DNA from: Candidatus Latescibacterota bacterium
GTDB taxonomy: Bacteria > Latescibacterota > UBA2968 > GCA-2709665
Length of the DNA: 64,000 nucleotides
NCBI GenBank assembly: GCA_965116875.1
Contig: OZ220733.1
Coordinates: 4,800,001 to 4,864,000, forward strand
Direction: 5' to 3'
The notes under the pieces were generated by a model that worked only from the letters and a program-made list of their open reading frames with translations, was not told the origin of the DNA and made no database searches. Positions 39,221-48,832 of the stretch are shown piece by piece. Numbering within the stretch: the first letter of the stretch is position 1; every line of letters starts with the position of its first letter. The position numbers and the translations under genes were made by a program.

Positions 39221-39362
39221 GCAGGACGCCCTGGGGGAGGAGGAACGGGTCTGTATAAACAAGATACCGGTTCAAGGCGGAAAGTCAATTGCGTCATGGT
39301 AAGAGTGAACGAATCATTTACAGCCCGCGCTCGTCCTGGCCAACGCAAGGGCGACCCATACC

Positions 39363-39545
39363 TGTCATTCTTGCGCATTCCGGCAGGATGACAATGAGAA
39401 GGGCAGACAGGAATGTCCGCCCCACCCTGCAGAAACCACCACACAACCCCGATTGACTGGGTTTTCAGGGCGACCGGCCGGTCGCCCCTACAATACGCAA
39501 AAAGCCTGATATGCAACGACATATCAGGCTTTGTTTATTCAGTTT
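39363..39545. repeat. Rpn-flanking composite repeat, copy C
   Basis: Four consecutive hairpins: TGTCATTC..GGATGACA, GTGG-type REP, GTAG-type REP and an AT-rich terminator-like stem. Confidence 0.92.
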
Positions 39546-39590
39546 AACAAGTCCGGGCGATGCAGGATAGCCGACGTATTGTTGCCGGCC

Positions 39591-40376
39591 TCAACCCCGC
39601 GCCAGGTCCCGGTAGGCCCTGAAGAGGTCCGCGTAATACGCCGCGAACATCCACCGGTCGCCGACGCCCCGATCGGGGCTACGTTCGGCTTCGGCCGACA
39701 TGTACCCCGCGTATCCTTTCTGGTGAAGCAGCCGGAACAACTCCCTGTACGGGTACCCCTGGCCGGCCAGGTCGTGCATATGCACGTGATCCAGCCAGGG
39801 CCAGACCGCTTCGAGCGCCTGCGCAACCGAACCGTCAACCACGTCTTCGGCCACCGAATTCCAGATCAATCCGAAATTTGAATGGTCCACCCGTTCGGCT
39901 ACCGACCGGCACGACCGCCAGTCGAATTCGCCGTGCAGTTCCAGGCACGGCCTGACAGCCCTAGCGACGCCGTACGCGCAGAGCTCCTGAAGCGCATCGG
40001 CCACCTGAGCGATCGTCTTCTCTCTCGGCACGTCTTTGGGGAAATTGTTCCCGAAGACCCTCACCCTGGGCGCTCCCAGATCCGCCGCGAGATCCATCCG
40101 CGCCTTTGTCTGTTCGATCTGGTCCCGAAGATCGGACGCGTCCTCATCGTGATACCGGTTTCCCGTTGCGACGCTGATGATTTCGATGCCGGCCGCCCGG
40201 CAGTCTGCCACGACCTGCCTGCGTTCGGCGTCATCCAGCGAAGCCTCCACGCCGTGCCCGTGACCCAGATCCGTCCGGAACTCGACGCCCTCGACGCCGT
40301 GGTCACCCAGCGTCTGCAGCAGGTCCCGGCGCGAAAGGTCTTTCAGAACGCCATATGTCATCCAGGAAAGTTTCAT
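39591..40376 (-). CDS. Sugar-phosphate isomerase/epimerase family protein
   Basis: GVEFR, VRVFG, LELHG and HVHMHD motifs; AGGAG RBS. Confidence 0.85.
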   Translation of the reverse strand: MKLSWMTYGVLKDLSRRDLLQTLGDHGVEGVEFRTDLGHGHGVEASLDDAERRQVVADCRAAGIEIISVATGNRYHDEDASDLRDQIEQTKARMDLAADLGAPRVRVFGNNFPKDVPREKTIAQVADALQELCAYGVARAVRPCLELHGEFDWRSCRSVAERVDHSNFGLIWNSVAEDVVDGSVAQALEAVWPWLDHVHMHDLAGQGYPYRELFRLLHQKGYAGYMSAEAERSPDRGVGDRWMFAAYYADLFRAYRDLARG

Positions 40377-40423
40377 CTACAGCACTCCTCCTTTGTAAAG
40401 GCTGCCGCGGAAGCGGGCTCCCA

Positions 40424-41149
40424 TCAGACCACCGGCTCCTTGCCGATCCTCGCGAATCCCTCGGCATACCGGCAGTCGTTCATCCCTGCCATATGCTGCG
40501 CCTCGATGGCGCGGTACCGGTTCAGGACGGTATACACTTCCGGAAGGGGCGGCTGAGCGGCAAGCTTCTTCAACGCTTCGATCTTCTGTTCGAAAACCGA
40601 CGAAATATCCACGTACAGGTCCGGAACGAAACCCGATACCGGTGACGTGCCCATCGTGGTTTCGTAGCATATCACAAGCGGCCGCTGACACGGGGCCCGG
40701 CCGGTCTTGATTCCTCCTGCATTGCAGTAGGAACATGCCCACAATGCGGCCTGCGTGGTCTCCACGTGGTCCGGATGCATCACGTCGTTGATCCAGTGAC
40801 TCAGCACGAGATCCGGTCTGAATCGCCGAACCGCGTCCAGCAGCTGCAGACGGCGGTCGGGCCCCAAAACCAGCGGACTGTCTCCGAAATCGAAGCAATC
40901 GACGGTCGCTCCCAGGATCCCGGCGGCCGCTTCGAATTCCTCCCTTCGCCTCTCCTTGACGTCCTCCAGGGTCAGGTCCGGGTCCTGCGCCCATAGCGCG
41001 GGCGATTCGCACCGCTCTCCATAGGTCAGGTTATGGACGTGTACCGTGCCGCCCGCGTTGACGAAACGTATGATCGCCCCACCCGCGCGCGAACAGAAAT
41101 CCGCCGCGTGTGCGCTGAATACCAGCACCCGCATTCCATCCCCGATCAT
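40424..41149 (-). CDS. PIG-L family zinc enzyme, GalB (4-oxalomesaconate hydratase)-like
   Basis: SAHAADF..RAGGAI, YGERCES..LW, HPDH and PDLYVDIS motifs resemble the GalB subfamily. Confidence 0.8.
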   Translation of the reverse strand: MIGDGMRVLVFSAHAADFCSRAGGAIIRFVNAGGTVHVHNLTYGERCESPALWAQDPDLTLEDVKERRREEFEAAAGILGATVDCFDFGDSPLVLGPDRRLQLLDAVRRFRPDLVLSHWINDVMHPDHVETTQAALWACSYCNAGGIKTGRAPCQRPLVICYETTMGTSPVSGFVPDLYVDISSVFEQKIEALKKLAAQPPLPEVYTVLNRYRAIEAQHMAGMNDCRYAEGFARIGKEPVV

Positions 41150-41278
41150 TCCACGTTCCCTTTCTCGACGATGATTTCAACATCGACCTGACGGCCCGGA
41201 AACCGGGGCGCGACGCGCTCGTGACGCCGGCGCCCCCCCATGCACGTACGGACGGGTGAACCCGGCCGGCCCTGCCAT

Positions 41279-42022
41279 TCATCCATATTCAGGAAGAGAC
41301 CCATCGTCTTCGGGTATGTAGCCCAACAGCTCCCTCGCGTTCGTGAGATCCCATTTCTTCTCGCTGCCACCCGACACACCGTAGAAGATCCCGAAACCGA
41401 CGTGTTCCGTTTCGACAGACCTCCAGACCAGTTGCGCCAGGTCCCTCGGACTCAGCCAGCGGGAATACCCGGGCTCATATCTTGTTCCCGGCGCATCCTC
41501 CCCATTGAAATTCGCCACCCGAAGGCAGATCACACGTATCCCGTGTCGTTCCGCATAGAACCTGCCCAGGGCTTCGCCAAAAGCCTTTCCCGCGCCGTAC
41601 ACGCCGTCCGGTCTTACCGGGCTATCCGGTGTGGAGACCAGTCCTTCCTTCTCGTATAAACCCGTGACATGATTGGTACTTGCGAAGACGACCACCGGCA
41701 CTGCGTTTATTCGCGCAGCCTCAAGGATATTGTACACACCCGGATTGTCGACTTCGAGAGTCGCCTTCGCCACGTCTTCCGCGGTCATGCCGCCCCATCG
41801 CCGGATCGCCAGATGCACGACGGCGTCCACGCCCGACGTGGCTTCGACCATCGTCGCGCGGTCCGCAACGCTGCCGACGACCACCTGGTCATCGGGATGC
41901 ACGTCGTCCGGTACCGTCGAGTGCAGCAGAAGCCGGAAACCGTATCGCGCTCTCAACCTCGACCGGATAGACGTCCCGAGCGACCCGGCGGCGCCGGTCA
42001 GGAATATCTGCTTCTTTCCCAT
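41279..42022 (-). CDS. NAD-dependent epimerase/dehydrogenase, uronate-dehydrogenase-like
   Basis: TGAAGSLG, FASTNH, RPDGVYGAGKAFGE and WLSPRD motifs. Confidence 0.85.
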   Translation of the reverse strand: MGKKQIFLTGAAGSLGTSIRSRLRARYGFRLLLHSTVPDDVHPDDQVVVGSVADRATMVEATSGVDAVVHLAIRRWGGMTAEDVAKATLEVDNPGVYNILEAARINAVPVVVFASTNHVTGLYEKEGLVSTPDSPVRPDGVYGAGKAFGEALGRFYAERHGIRVICLRVANFNGEDAPGTRYEPGYSRWLSPRDLAQLVWRSVETEHVGFGIFYGVSGGSEKKWDLTNARELLGYIPEDDGSLPEYG

Positions 42023-42303
42023 GGCGCGGGCGGATCCTCCGTCGTGGAATTGGCCTGGCGCACGAATTCCTTCATCTGATCCCTGGACTGTGGGAACCTG
42101 ACCGCCGCGATCGGGCCCGTTCAACCGGTGGATCGCGGAAGCAGCGTCTGCGATGACTGAGTAAACACGAATCCTGAAGATACCGTCTCGCTGCCGCGGG
42201 CGCAATACCCTTCGGCCCGGCTGCGACGGGACCGTTGTATATGGTCTCGTTTATGTATATCTTCCATCGGCCCGATGAGCCCTTCAATGTGCGTGGAGGC
42301 GGC

Positions 42304-43065
42304 GTGGAGCCAATCGACATCAAATGGATTCTGGACATGGTCCGTGAAGCCGGCGGTATCGCCCTCTCCCACTTCGGAAGGACGGAAGGCACGCTCAAGG
42401 CCGACAATTCATGGGTCACGCAGGCGGACGTGGACGTTGAAGCCTTTCTCAGGAGAGAGATCGAATCCAGGCGTCCGAACGATGCGATACTGGGCGAAGA
42501 AGGCGCCAATCCGACGCCGTCGTCGCCTGTCGTATGGGCGATCGATCCGATTGACGGAACGCGCGCGTTCAATCACGGCCTTCCGGTCTGGGGCGTGTCG
42601 ATCGGCGTCTTCGAGAACGGTGAACCCGCCATGGGGGCGTTCATTCTGCCGGCCGTTGGAGACGTCTTCTACACGGACGGCGTTTCCGCCTTCTGCAACG
42701 GGCGCGCGCTCACGCCACCAGCACCCGCGCTGGACGCCAACGCCCTGCTGCTTGTCAGCGAAGGCGCATTCAAACGTCTCAGGATCGACTACCCCGGTAA
42801 AACCCTCAGTCTCGGGTCCGCGGCGGCCCATTTGTGTTACGTTGCCAGGGGCTCGGCGGTCGGCGCTTTCGACCACGCGTCGATCTGGGACTATGCCGCC
42901 GGCGCAGCGATCCTGAAGGTGCTGGGCATTCGCTTGCGGTACCTCTCGGGCGGATCGGTGGACTTCGAGGAATTATTCGGCGCAATGGCCGCGCCTGAAC
43001 CCACCCTCGCGTCAACGGACCTACACTTCGACGCCCTGCAGCGCGCGTTTCAGCGCGCCCACTGA
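42304..43065 (+). CDS. Inositol monophosphatase family protein
   Basis: VTQAD, LGEE, IDPIDGT, GSAA and WDYAAG motifs; start uncertain (ORF track 42235). Confidence 0.9.
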   Translation: MEPIDIKWILDMVREAGGIALSHFGRTEGTLKADNSWVTQADVDVEAFLRREIESRRPNDAILGEEGANPTPSSPVVWAIDPIDGTRAFNHGLPVWGVSIGVFENGEPAMGAFILPAVGDVFYTDGVSAFCNGRALTPPAPALDANALLLVSEGAFKRLRIDYPGKTLSLGSAAAHLCYVARGSAVGAFDHASIWDYAAGAAILKVLGIRLRYLSGGSVDFEELFGAMAAPEPTLASTDLHFDALQRAFQRAH

Positions 43066-43081
43066 CTGCCGCCGCGGAACG

Positions 43082-43840
43082 TCAGTCCGAAAGACCGTAG
43101 ATTCTCGCCAGATTCTCCCCGAAAATCAGCCGCTCGGCATCCTCTCCAAGGCGCAGCCGCTGAATCGCCCGTTTCACCTGGATGGGTCGATATTCCGGCA
43201 GATTGGAGCCGAAGACCACCCGTTCCGGCCCCAGCGTCTCCACCGCCCTCCCCACCTCCACCGGAACGGTCTCCTCCGGGTTGTCCGACCAGCGTTTGTG
43301 AAAACGCAGAATGGTCGTGCCCATGTATACGTTCCCAAATTGCGCGCACACAGACAATGCCGCTTCGAAATGGTCCGGAAATCCCATATGATCCAGGATG
43401 ATCGCGGTTTCCGGAACCCGTTCCGCGATCGCCGCTGCCCGATCCGCGCTGCAATTTCCCACCCCCGTATGGATCGAAATGACGATGCCAAGCTCCTGTG
43501 CGGCGTCCGCGAATGGAAAGACCATGGGATCGTCCACCTCGAACTTGTGGATTGCGCCCATCAGCTTCATCCCCCGAGCCCCTCGGGACACATAGCTCCT
43601 CAATAGCGCAACACCCCGTTCCCCCCAGTGCGGATTCATCATCACGCAGGGCAGCAGATTCTGATGCCCCGCTGTCCGTTCCAACAGCCCGTCGTTGTCC
43701 GGATCCTCCTTCGCGTCCGGCATCACCACGGCCATCTCGAATCCCGCTTCCGCCTCGCATTCCAGCAATGCCGCGACGGACATGGGGCGCCCGTACCAGT
43801 CTTCGGCCAGATAGGCCTCGAAATCGCCCGTAATTGCCAT
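43082..43840 (-). CDS. Amidohydrolase-family metalloenzyme
   Basis: GMKL, IHTG, DHMG, VFGSNLP and IFGENLAR motifs. Confidence 0.85.
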   Translation of the reverse strand: MAITGDFEAYLAEDWYGRPMSVAALLECEAEAGFEMAVVMPDAKEDPDNDGLLERTAGHQNLLPCVMMNPHWGERGVALLRSYVSRGARGMKLMGAIHKFEVDDPMVFPFADAAQELGIVISIHTGVGNCSADRAAAIAERVPETAIILDHMGFPDHFEAALSVCAQFGNVYMGTTILRFHKRWSDNPEETVPVEVGRAVETLGPERVVFGSNLPEYRPIQVKRAIQRLRLGEDAERLIFGENLARIYGLSD

Positions 43841-43890
43841 GCTGTGACCCCCTTTCGGCGCTTTCGCGTTCATTCTCAGGCTGACGGCGT

Positions 43891-44688
43891 TCATCCCAGT
43901 TGCAATACCCGCCACCGGTCGTACGACGGACGCATCCTTTCCGGCAGAAATCCGCGCACATTGTCCGCGAGCATCCATTTCAGGCGCTCGTCCGTATTCT
44001 GCGGCTGTTCGCCGTCACTGTGTTTCTGCCAGCTCCCGGCAAGTGTCAATCGTTCGGGCCTCGTCTTGTAGACTCCCCGATGGACCGCGTTTCCGTTCCA
44101 GAAAATCGTCTGTCCCGCTTTCAGATGCATCACTTTCTGCGTTGAAATGTCAGCGTGCCGGTTCTTCAACAGACGATCCCGCTCCTCTTCCGTCCGGTAT
44201 CGCCGGTGGCTTCCCGGCACCAGTTGCAGGCAGGAATCGTCAAGCAGCGCCAGGTGCCACTTCAACGACACGATCGGCCGGTTCAGGATTTCCATTTCCA
44301 CCTCGCGGGATCCGTCCCGTTCATTCTTGCCGAAATCCCGGTGCCACCCACCGCTCCAGTCCACCTCGTCCGGCGACGTGAAGATCAGCACGCCGCCCAG
44401 GCGAAGATCGGCGCCGAGAAGCGGCTGTACATATCGCATCACCGGCTGAGACATCAGATACTCCGCAAAGACCGGTTCTTTGAATTCGGGAGCGAACAGG
44501 CCCCGGATCGCCCACGGCTCTCCTTCCGGCGTCCGGTGCGTGTAGATATCCACCTCCCGGGTGCGTGTCTTCGCCTTCACCCGCCGCGTGGCGTTCAGAA
44601 GCGACGCCAGCATCTCCGGATCGACCGCATCATCCGCGATGAAATAGCCCTGTGTGCTGTACTGTTCCCTGGCCTCTGCCAAATCCAT
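43891..44688 (-). CDS. Phytanoyl-CoA dioxygenase (PhyH) family protein
   Basis: WHRD, LVPGSH and VHRG 2OG-Fe(II) motifs; GGAGG RBS. Confidence 0.88.
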   Translation of the reverse strand: MDLAEAREQYSTQGYFIADDAVDPEMLASLLNATRRVKAKTRTREVDIYTHRTPEGEPWAIRGLFAPEFKEPVFAEYLMSQPVMRYVQPLLGADLRLGGVLIFTSPDEVDWSGGWHRDFGKNERDGSREVEMEILNRPIVSLKWHLALLDDSCLQLVPGSHRRYRTEEERDRLLKNRHADISTQKVMHLKAGQTIFWNGNAVHRGVYKTRPERLTLAGSWQKHSDGEQPQNTDERLKWMLADNVRGFLPERMRPSYDRWRVLQLG

Positions 44689-44758
44689 AGCCCGCATCCT
44701 CCATGATTGACCTGCGAGGTTCATCCCTCAGATTCATGCGACGATATCAACGTGGGTT

Positions 44759-47700
44759 TCACCACTCCTTCTTCCAGAAGATCCCGAGCGAACTCCGGTC
44801 CCGTTCCCGCTCGTTTCCCTCCCGCTGCTGCGCTTCCAGCGTCACGTTCGGCAACAGTTCGTATTCGACCACAACCTCCCTGCCCCTCGCCTCGGATACG
44901 TCCTGCGCGTAGCTGACGAAGAACCGGGACCCGAAATACTTGCCCGCCCGTACCCGGGTTGCCGAACTCCCAAGGCCCAGATCAATTTCCACGACGTCCA
45001 GGTTCAGTCTCCGGCCGATTGTGCGTTTCAACTGGTTCGCAGCAACGCCAAGCACAAGGACGGCGGCCTGGCCCTCCAGGCGGCTCCCGGCCCCGCCTTC
45101 CCCGCTCACCAACCCGGACACGTCGTCGGCCGGCCTGCCTATCAGGAGGTAGGAAAGGATGTCCGATTCGTCCATGGGTGGCATGGTATCGCTTTCAAGG
45201 GAGATATTGGGTTCCAGGAGCGTCCCCCCCACAACGACGCTGATCACCGCGTTCTCATTGGAAACCAGCCTGATCCTGCGGGTTGCTATAATGTAGAGAT
45301 CCGGGTTGATGTCGGCACTGCCGCGGAAGTTGATCTCTCCGCGGTCGATCGCGAAGCTCGTATTCTGAAACTCGTACCGACCCTGCCTGCTGTCGAGAGA
45401 CCCGTACAGCCGGATACCCTCCTTGTCCTTGACCAGATCCACGTCCCCGGAAATCTCGACGTTCAGTTCCCGGTCGCGGATCCAGACGTTTCGAGAAGCC
45501 GATACCCGGACGTCGCAGACCAGATTCCGGAAGAGTGGCGACGACATCCAGGCGACGTCCGTCGGGTACTCGATGAAGTCGGACAGCCTCAGAACCGCAC
45601 GGGACAACGCCACCCTGCCATTCAGCTTACCCGCCTCGAGGTTCCCTTTCAACTGAAGGCCGGCATTGAGGGTGGCCTTGAATGAGGCCAGGTCGACGGC
45701 CTCGAACTCGTTCGCATTCAACACAAGGTCATATCGTTCCAGGTCGAACCCGTCCAATGCCACTTCACCCGTCAGCGTAACTCTGGTCTTCTTTCCGCCG
45801 GTTTCGAAGCGCTCGAGTACGATCCGGTTCCCATCGAACTTCAGATCCGCTTCTGCCTGGTCAAAGTCCGTGTTCAAAGGCACGATCCGGGCCTTTCCAT
45901 CGCGCAGCGTCAGCCATCCACGCTTGAGAAGCCGCTTCGGCGTCCCTTTCACCGTGAGGTCGACCGCCAGAGTACCCTGCGCGCCCTGGACCGCCGGGAA
46001 TACGTGGGGCAGGAAGTTCAGATCGACTCCGGCGGATTTCAATGATGCGTCTACCGGCCCCGGCGGAAACAGATCACCCGGACCGCCCGACGACAGGTCC
46101 AGGGGAAACTGCCCATTCGCCACAGCCTCTCGTCCGTGGGACTGCACCAGTCTCAGGTCCACGGTCGCGCGTTTGTTCCGATATCCTGCAGTTCCCGATG
46201 CTTCTTTCAGACGGACGCCCCCGACAGCTCCGTCTCGAAACGTCAACTCTGTTTTCACATGCGGGTTCTCCGGTGTGCCGGACAGCGCGATCGTACCCGT
46301 AAGCATCCCGCTCAAATCGCCTGCCATCCGCAGAAAGCCGGACCAGATCTCCAGGTCCACGTCGATGAGACCCACAACCACACCGTCCCCCCGGCCGCTG
46401 TGTCCTTGCGCCTGAATCGCCCCGCCGTTCCCGACCATACGGAAACGCTCCACCAACACGCCTTCCCGGGGGCGATACGTAATTTGAGAGGCGCCATCGC
46501 TGCACAGAGACACGCCGCCCACGCCAACCGCGAGGGAGTCCAGCTCGAGGACGTACAAACTGTCCGCCCAGGCTGCGCCGCCCCTGAGGTGGAGTTGATC
46601 GATTTCGTCCGGACGACTGCCCAGGACAAATGAAATCCCGTCTCTACTCAGCCCAAGATCCGCAGACACGTCGTGGACCGTTCGCCCGCCCCATACAAGA
46701 GAATCCGCGCGGACTTCAAGATCTCCCTGTAAGAGTTGCGGCCCCGTCATTCCGAGTTTGACCCCGTGGATCGGGACGCCCTTGTAGTTCACGCTGTCTG
46801 CCAGCAGATCCGCCGTGACAAGGTGTTTCGTCCAGGCGCCCTGGACGCCGGCCGAAAAAGATGCCGGTGATCCTGACAGTCCGTGGCCGATGACACTGTC
46901 GAGCGCCCGCAGGTCCTCGACCCGACCCCGTGCGCGGATGTCAAGACTGTCGCCCGGAACAATCCAGCCGTTTCCCTCCAGACGCGCACGGGTCCCGGCC
47001 AGGAACAGTCGATTCACGATCGTGCGGCGACCCTCTTGAACCAGGCTTGCCCTTGCGCTATCCAGCTTTCCGCCCAGGAACCGCGACGCTCGCAGCATCA
47101 CGTCCGCGTTGGCTTGCGTCGAGTCCGGATGTAATCCCCTGCCGGCGAGTCCAATCTGAAGCGATACGCCTTCCAGGACGCCCGAACGGTTCAGAAGCCG
47201 ATCCACCGCCGCCCCGTCCACCCGCAAGCCCGCAATATAGCTGGGCTGTTTTCCTTCGGGGTCCCAGAACCGCCCGAGATCGATCCGACCGTGTCCCCTG
47301 ACCACGCCGAATCCGTCCGACAGCCGCACCCCGATACTATCGAGACTGACGATGCCCTTCCCGAACGACCCCCGGAGGGCGAGTCCGGTTGCCTCAGGCA
47401 ACCCGTCGATTTTCGCGACATCGAACACCGCGTCGCCGCGCCAGACTCCGGCATCCACCCGTTGAAGCCGGATTCCGCCGGTCAGATCGGTCTTCGGTGC
47501 GCCGGCGCCTGAAAATGAGGAAAGATCCAGGCGATCAACCCGTGCGCTCAGTTCGTATAGCGGCTCCGCTTCCGCCAGTGCGACCGCCAGCCCGGTGAAG
47601 ACACGTCCGGCAGGCCCTTCCGCGGCGAGGTCCATTCCGACTTTGCCTCTTTTGAACGACACGGCCAGATTCGCCGTGTCGACGACGACCCCCGAGAGCA

Positions 47701-48790
47701 TGGCGCGTGAAATTCCCGCGGTGACGTCCGTCTCGGCCGTGAAGGGATCCAGGCCATGCCCCCGTAGTCGAACGGCCGCGTCAAAGTGGGCGTCGAGACC
47801 AATCCGGGGGGCGATTCGCATCAGGTCGATCCCGGTCGCGGTCGCGCGGATGTCATAACCCACGTTGGCCCGCGAGAAGTCGACGTGACCTGAAAGAGCG
47901 CAGACGGTTGACCCGTCGTCGAGTTTCAGGTCCATATTCGCGCGGGTCGCGTCGCCCCACACCCTGCCGACCGCGGCAAGGCTTCCCATCGGGTACGGAC
48001 CGGGAAGAATGCGCTCCAACTCGTCAAACGCGAGCGAATCCGCACGCAGCATGAAGTCGAACGAGGGCCGGGACAACCCGGTCATCGTTCCGTCGATTCG
48101 GACACCGGACCCCGCCGTGTGCAGCCGGATCCCGGCCAGCGTCAATCCGCCATCCGCGAGCATGGTCACACCCGAGAGATCCCGAATTACGATTGGAGGA
48201 TCGAAGACAAGGGAGCGCAGACGGCGCAGCGCCAATTCGTAACCTTCCGGGCCGGCTCGAAATCCCATGACCATATCAAGGCTATCGACCCTGCCGGCGG
48301 CATTCAGTTCAATCCTCCCGTCCACGACCTCCACGTGGCGGATGTGGATCTCCCATTTCGGGCCCTTCTTCCACCATTGCGGGTCCGATTCGGGCAGCAG
48401 GCCGGAAGCAGAATCCGCGGCGGCCGCGCCTGCCGGAAGCCGGAATCTTGGTGCGGTCAACAGGAATTCGTCGACGAGTACCGTTCCTCTTAACAACGCA
48501 GAAGGCCGATATCGGGCTTCAACCGCGTCCACGACGACCAATGGATCCTGTTCTGTGCCAAACCGCACTTGATCCAGGCGGAATCCATTCAATGGGTTGC
48601 CGTGCAGTCGACCGATATCCACGGCCACGCCCAGGTCCCGGGCGAGCCGCTGCTGAACGTACGCGCGCAGATACGGGTTCGCATGACCCGTTGCCAGCGC
48701 GAGCAGACCGAATCCGACGATCACGGCCGCGCCGGCCGAGAGCAGGACGGCGATTTTTACAATGCGTTTCAAGGGGCTCCTGTCCGGCAT
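44759..48790 (-). CDS. tamB: Translocation and assembly module TamB
   Basis: 1343 aa, N-terminal anchor, beta-rich repeats, C-terminal DUF490-like region (ESDILSYLLIG, RAGKYF); follows an Omp85 gene. Confidence 0.85.
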   Translation of the reverse strand: MPDRSPLKRIVKIAVLLSAGAAVIVGFGLLALATGHANPYLRAYVQQRLARDLGVAVDIGRLHGNPLNGFRLDQVRFGTEQDPLVVVDAVEARYRPSALLRGTVLVDEFLLTAPRFRLPAGAAAADSASGLLPESDPQWWKKGPKWEIHIRHVEVVDGRIELNAAGRVDSLDMVMGFRAGPEGYELALRRLRSLVFDPPIVIRDLSGVTMLADGGLTLAGIRLHTAGSGVRIDGTMTGLSRPSFDFMLRADSLAFDELERILPGPYPMGSLAAVGRVWGDATRANMDLKLDDGSTVCALSGHVDFSRANVGYDIRATATGIDLMRIAPRIGLDAHFDAAVRLRGHGLDPFTAETDVTAGISRAMLSGVVVDTANLAVSFKRGKVGMDLAAEGPAGRVFTGLAVALAEAEPLYELSARVDRLDLSSFSGAGAPKTDLTGGIRLQRVDAGVWRGDAVFDVAKIDGLPEATGLALRGSFGKGIVSLDSIGVRLSDGFGVVRGHGRIDLGRFWDPEGKQPSYIAGLRVDGAAVDRLLNRSGVLEGVSLQIGLAGRGLHPDSTQANADVMLRASRFLGGKLDSARASLVQEGRRTIVNRLFLAGTRARLEGNGWIVPGDSLDIRARGRVEDLRALDSVIGHGLSGSPASFSAGVQGAWTKHLVTADLLADSVNYKGVPIHGVKLGMTGPQLLQGDLEVRADSLVWGGRTVHDVSADLGLSRDGISFVLGSRPDEIDQLHLRGGAAWADSLYVLELDSLAVGVGGVSLCSDGASQITYRPREGVLVERFRMVGNGGAIQAQGHSGRGDGVVVGLIDVDLEIWSGFLRMAGDLSGMLTGTIALSGTPENPHVKTELTFRDGAVGGVRLKEASGTAGYRNKRATVDLRLVQSHGREAVANGQFPLDLSSGGPGDLFPPGPVDASLKSAGVDLNFLPHVFPAVQGAQGTLAVDLTVKGTPKRLLKRGWLTLRDGKARIVPLNTDFDQAEADLKFDGNRIVLERFETGGKKTRVTLTGEVALDGFDLERYDLVLNANEFEAVDLASFKATLNAGLQLKGNLEAGKLNGRVALSRAVLRLSDFIEYPTDVAWMSSPLFRNLVCDVRVSASRNVWIRDRELNVEISGDVDLVKDKEGIRLYGSLDSRQGRYEFQNTSFAIDRGEINFRGSADINPDLYIIATRRIRLVSNENAVISVVVGGTLLEPNISLESDTMPPMDESDILSYLLIGRPADDVSGLVSGEGGAGSRLEGQAAVLVLGVAANQLKRTIGRRLNLDVVEIDLGLGSSATRVRAGKYFGSRFFVSYAQDVSEARGREVVVEYELLPNVTLEAQQREGNERERDRSSLGIFWKKEW

Positions 48791-48832
48791 GTTGTATCGG
48801 CGTGTGGCCTCATTCCCGCCTCTCCCGACGGC

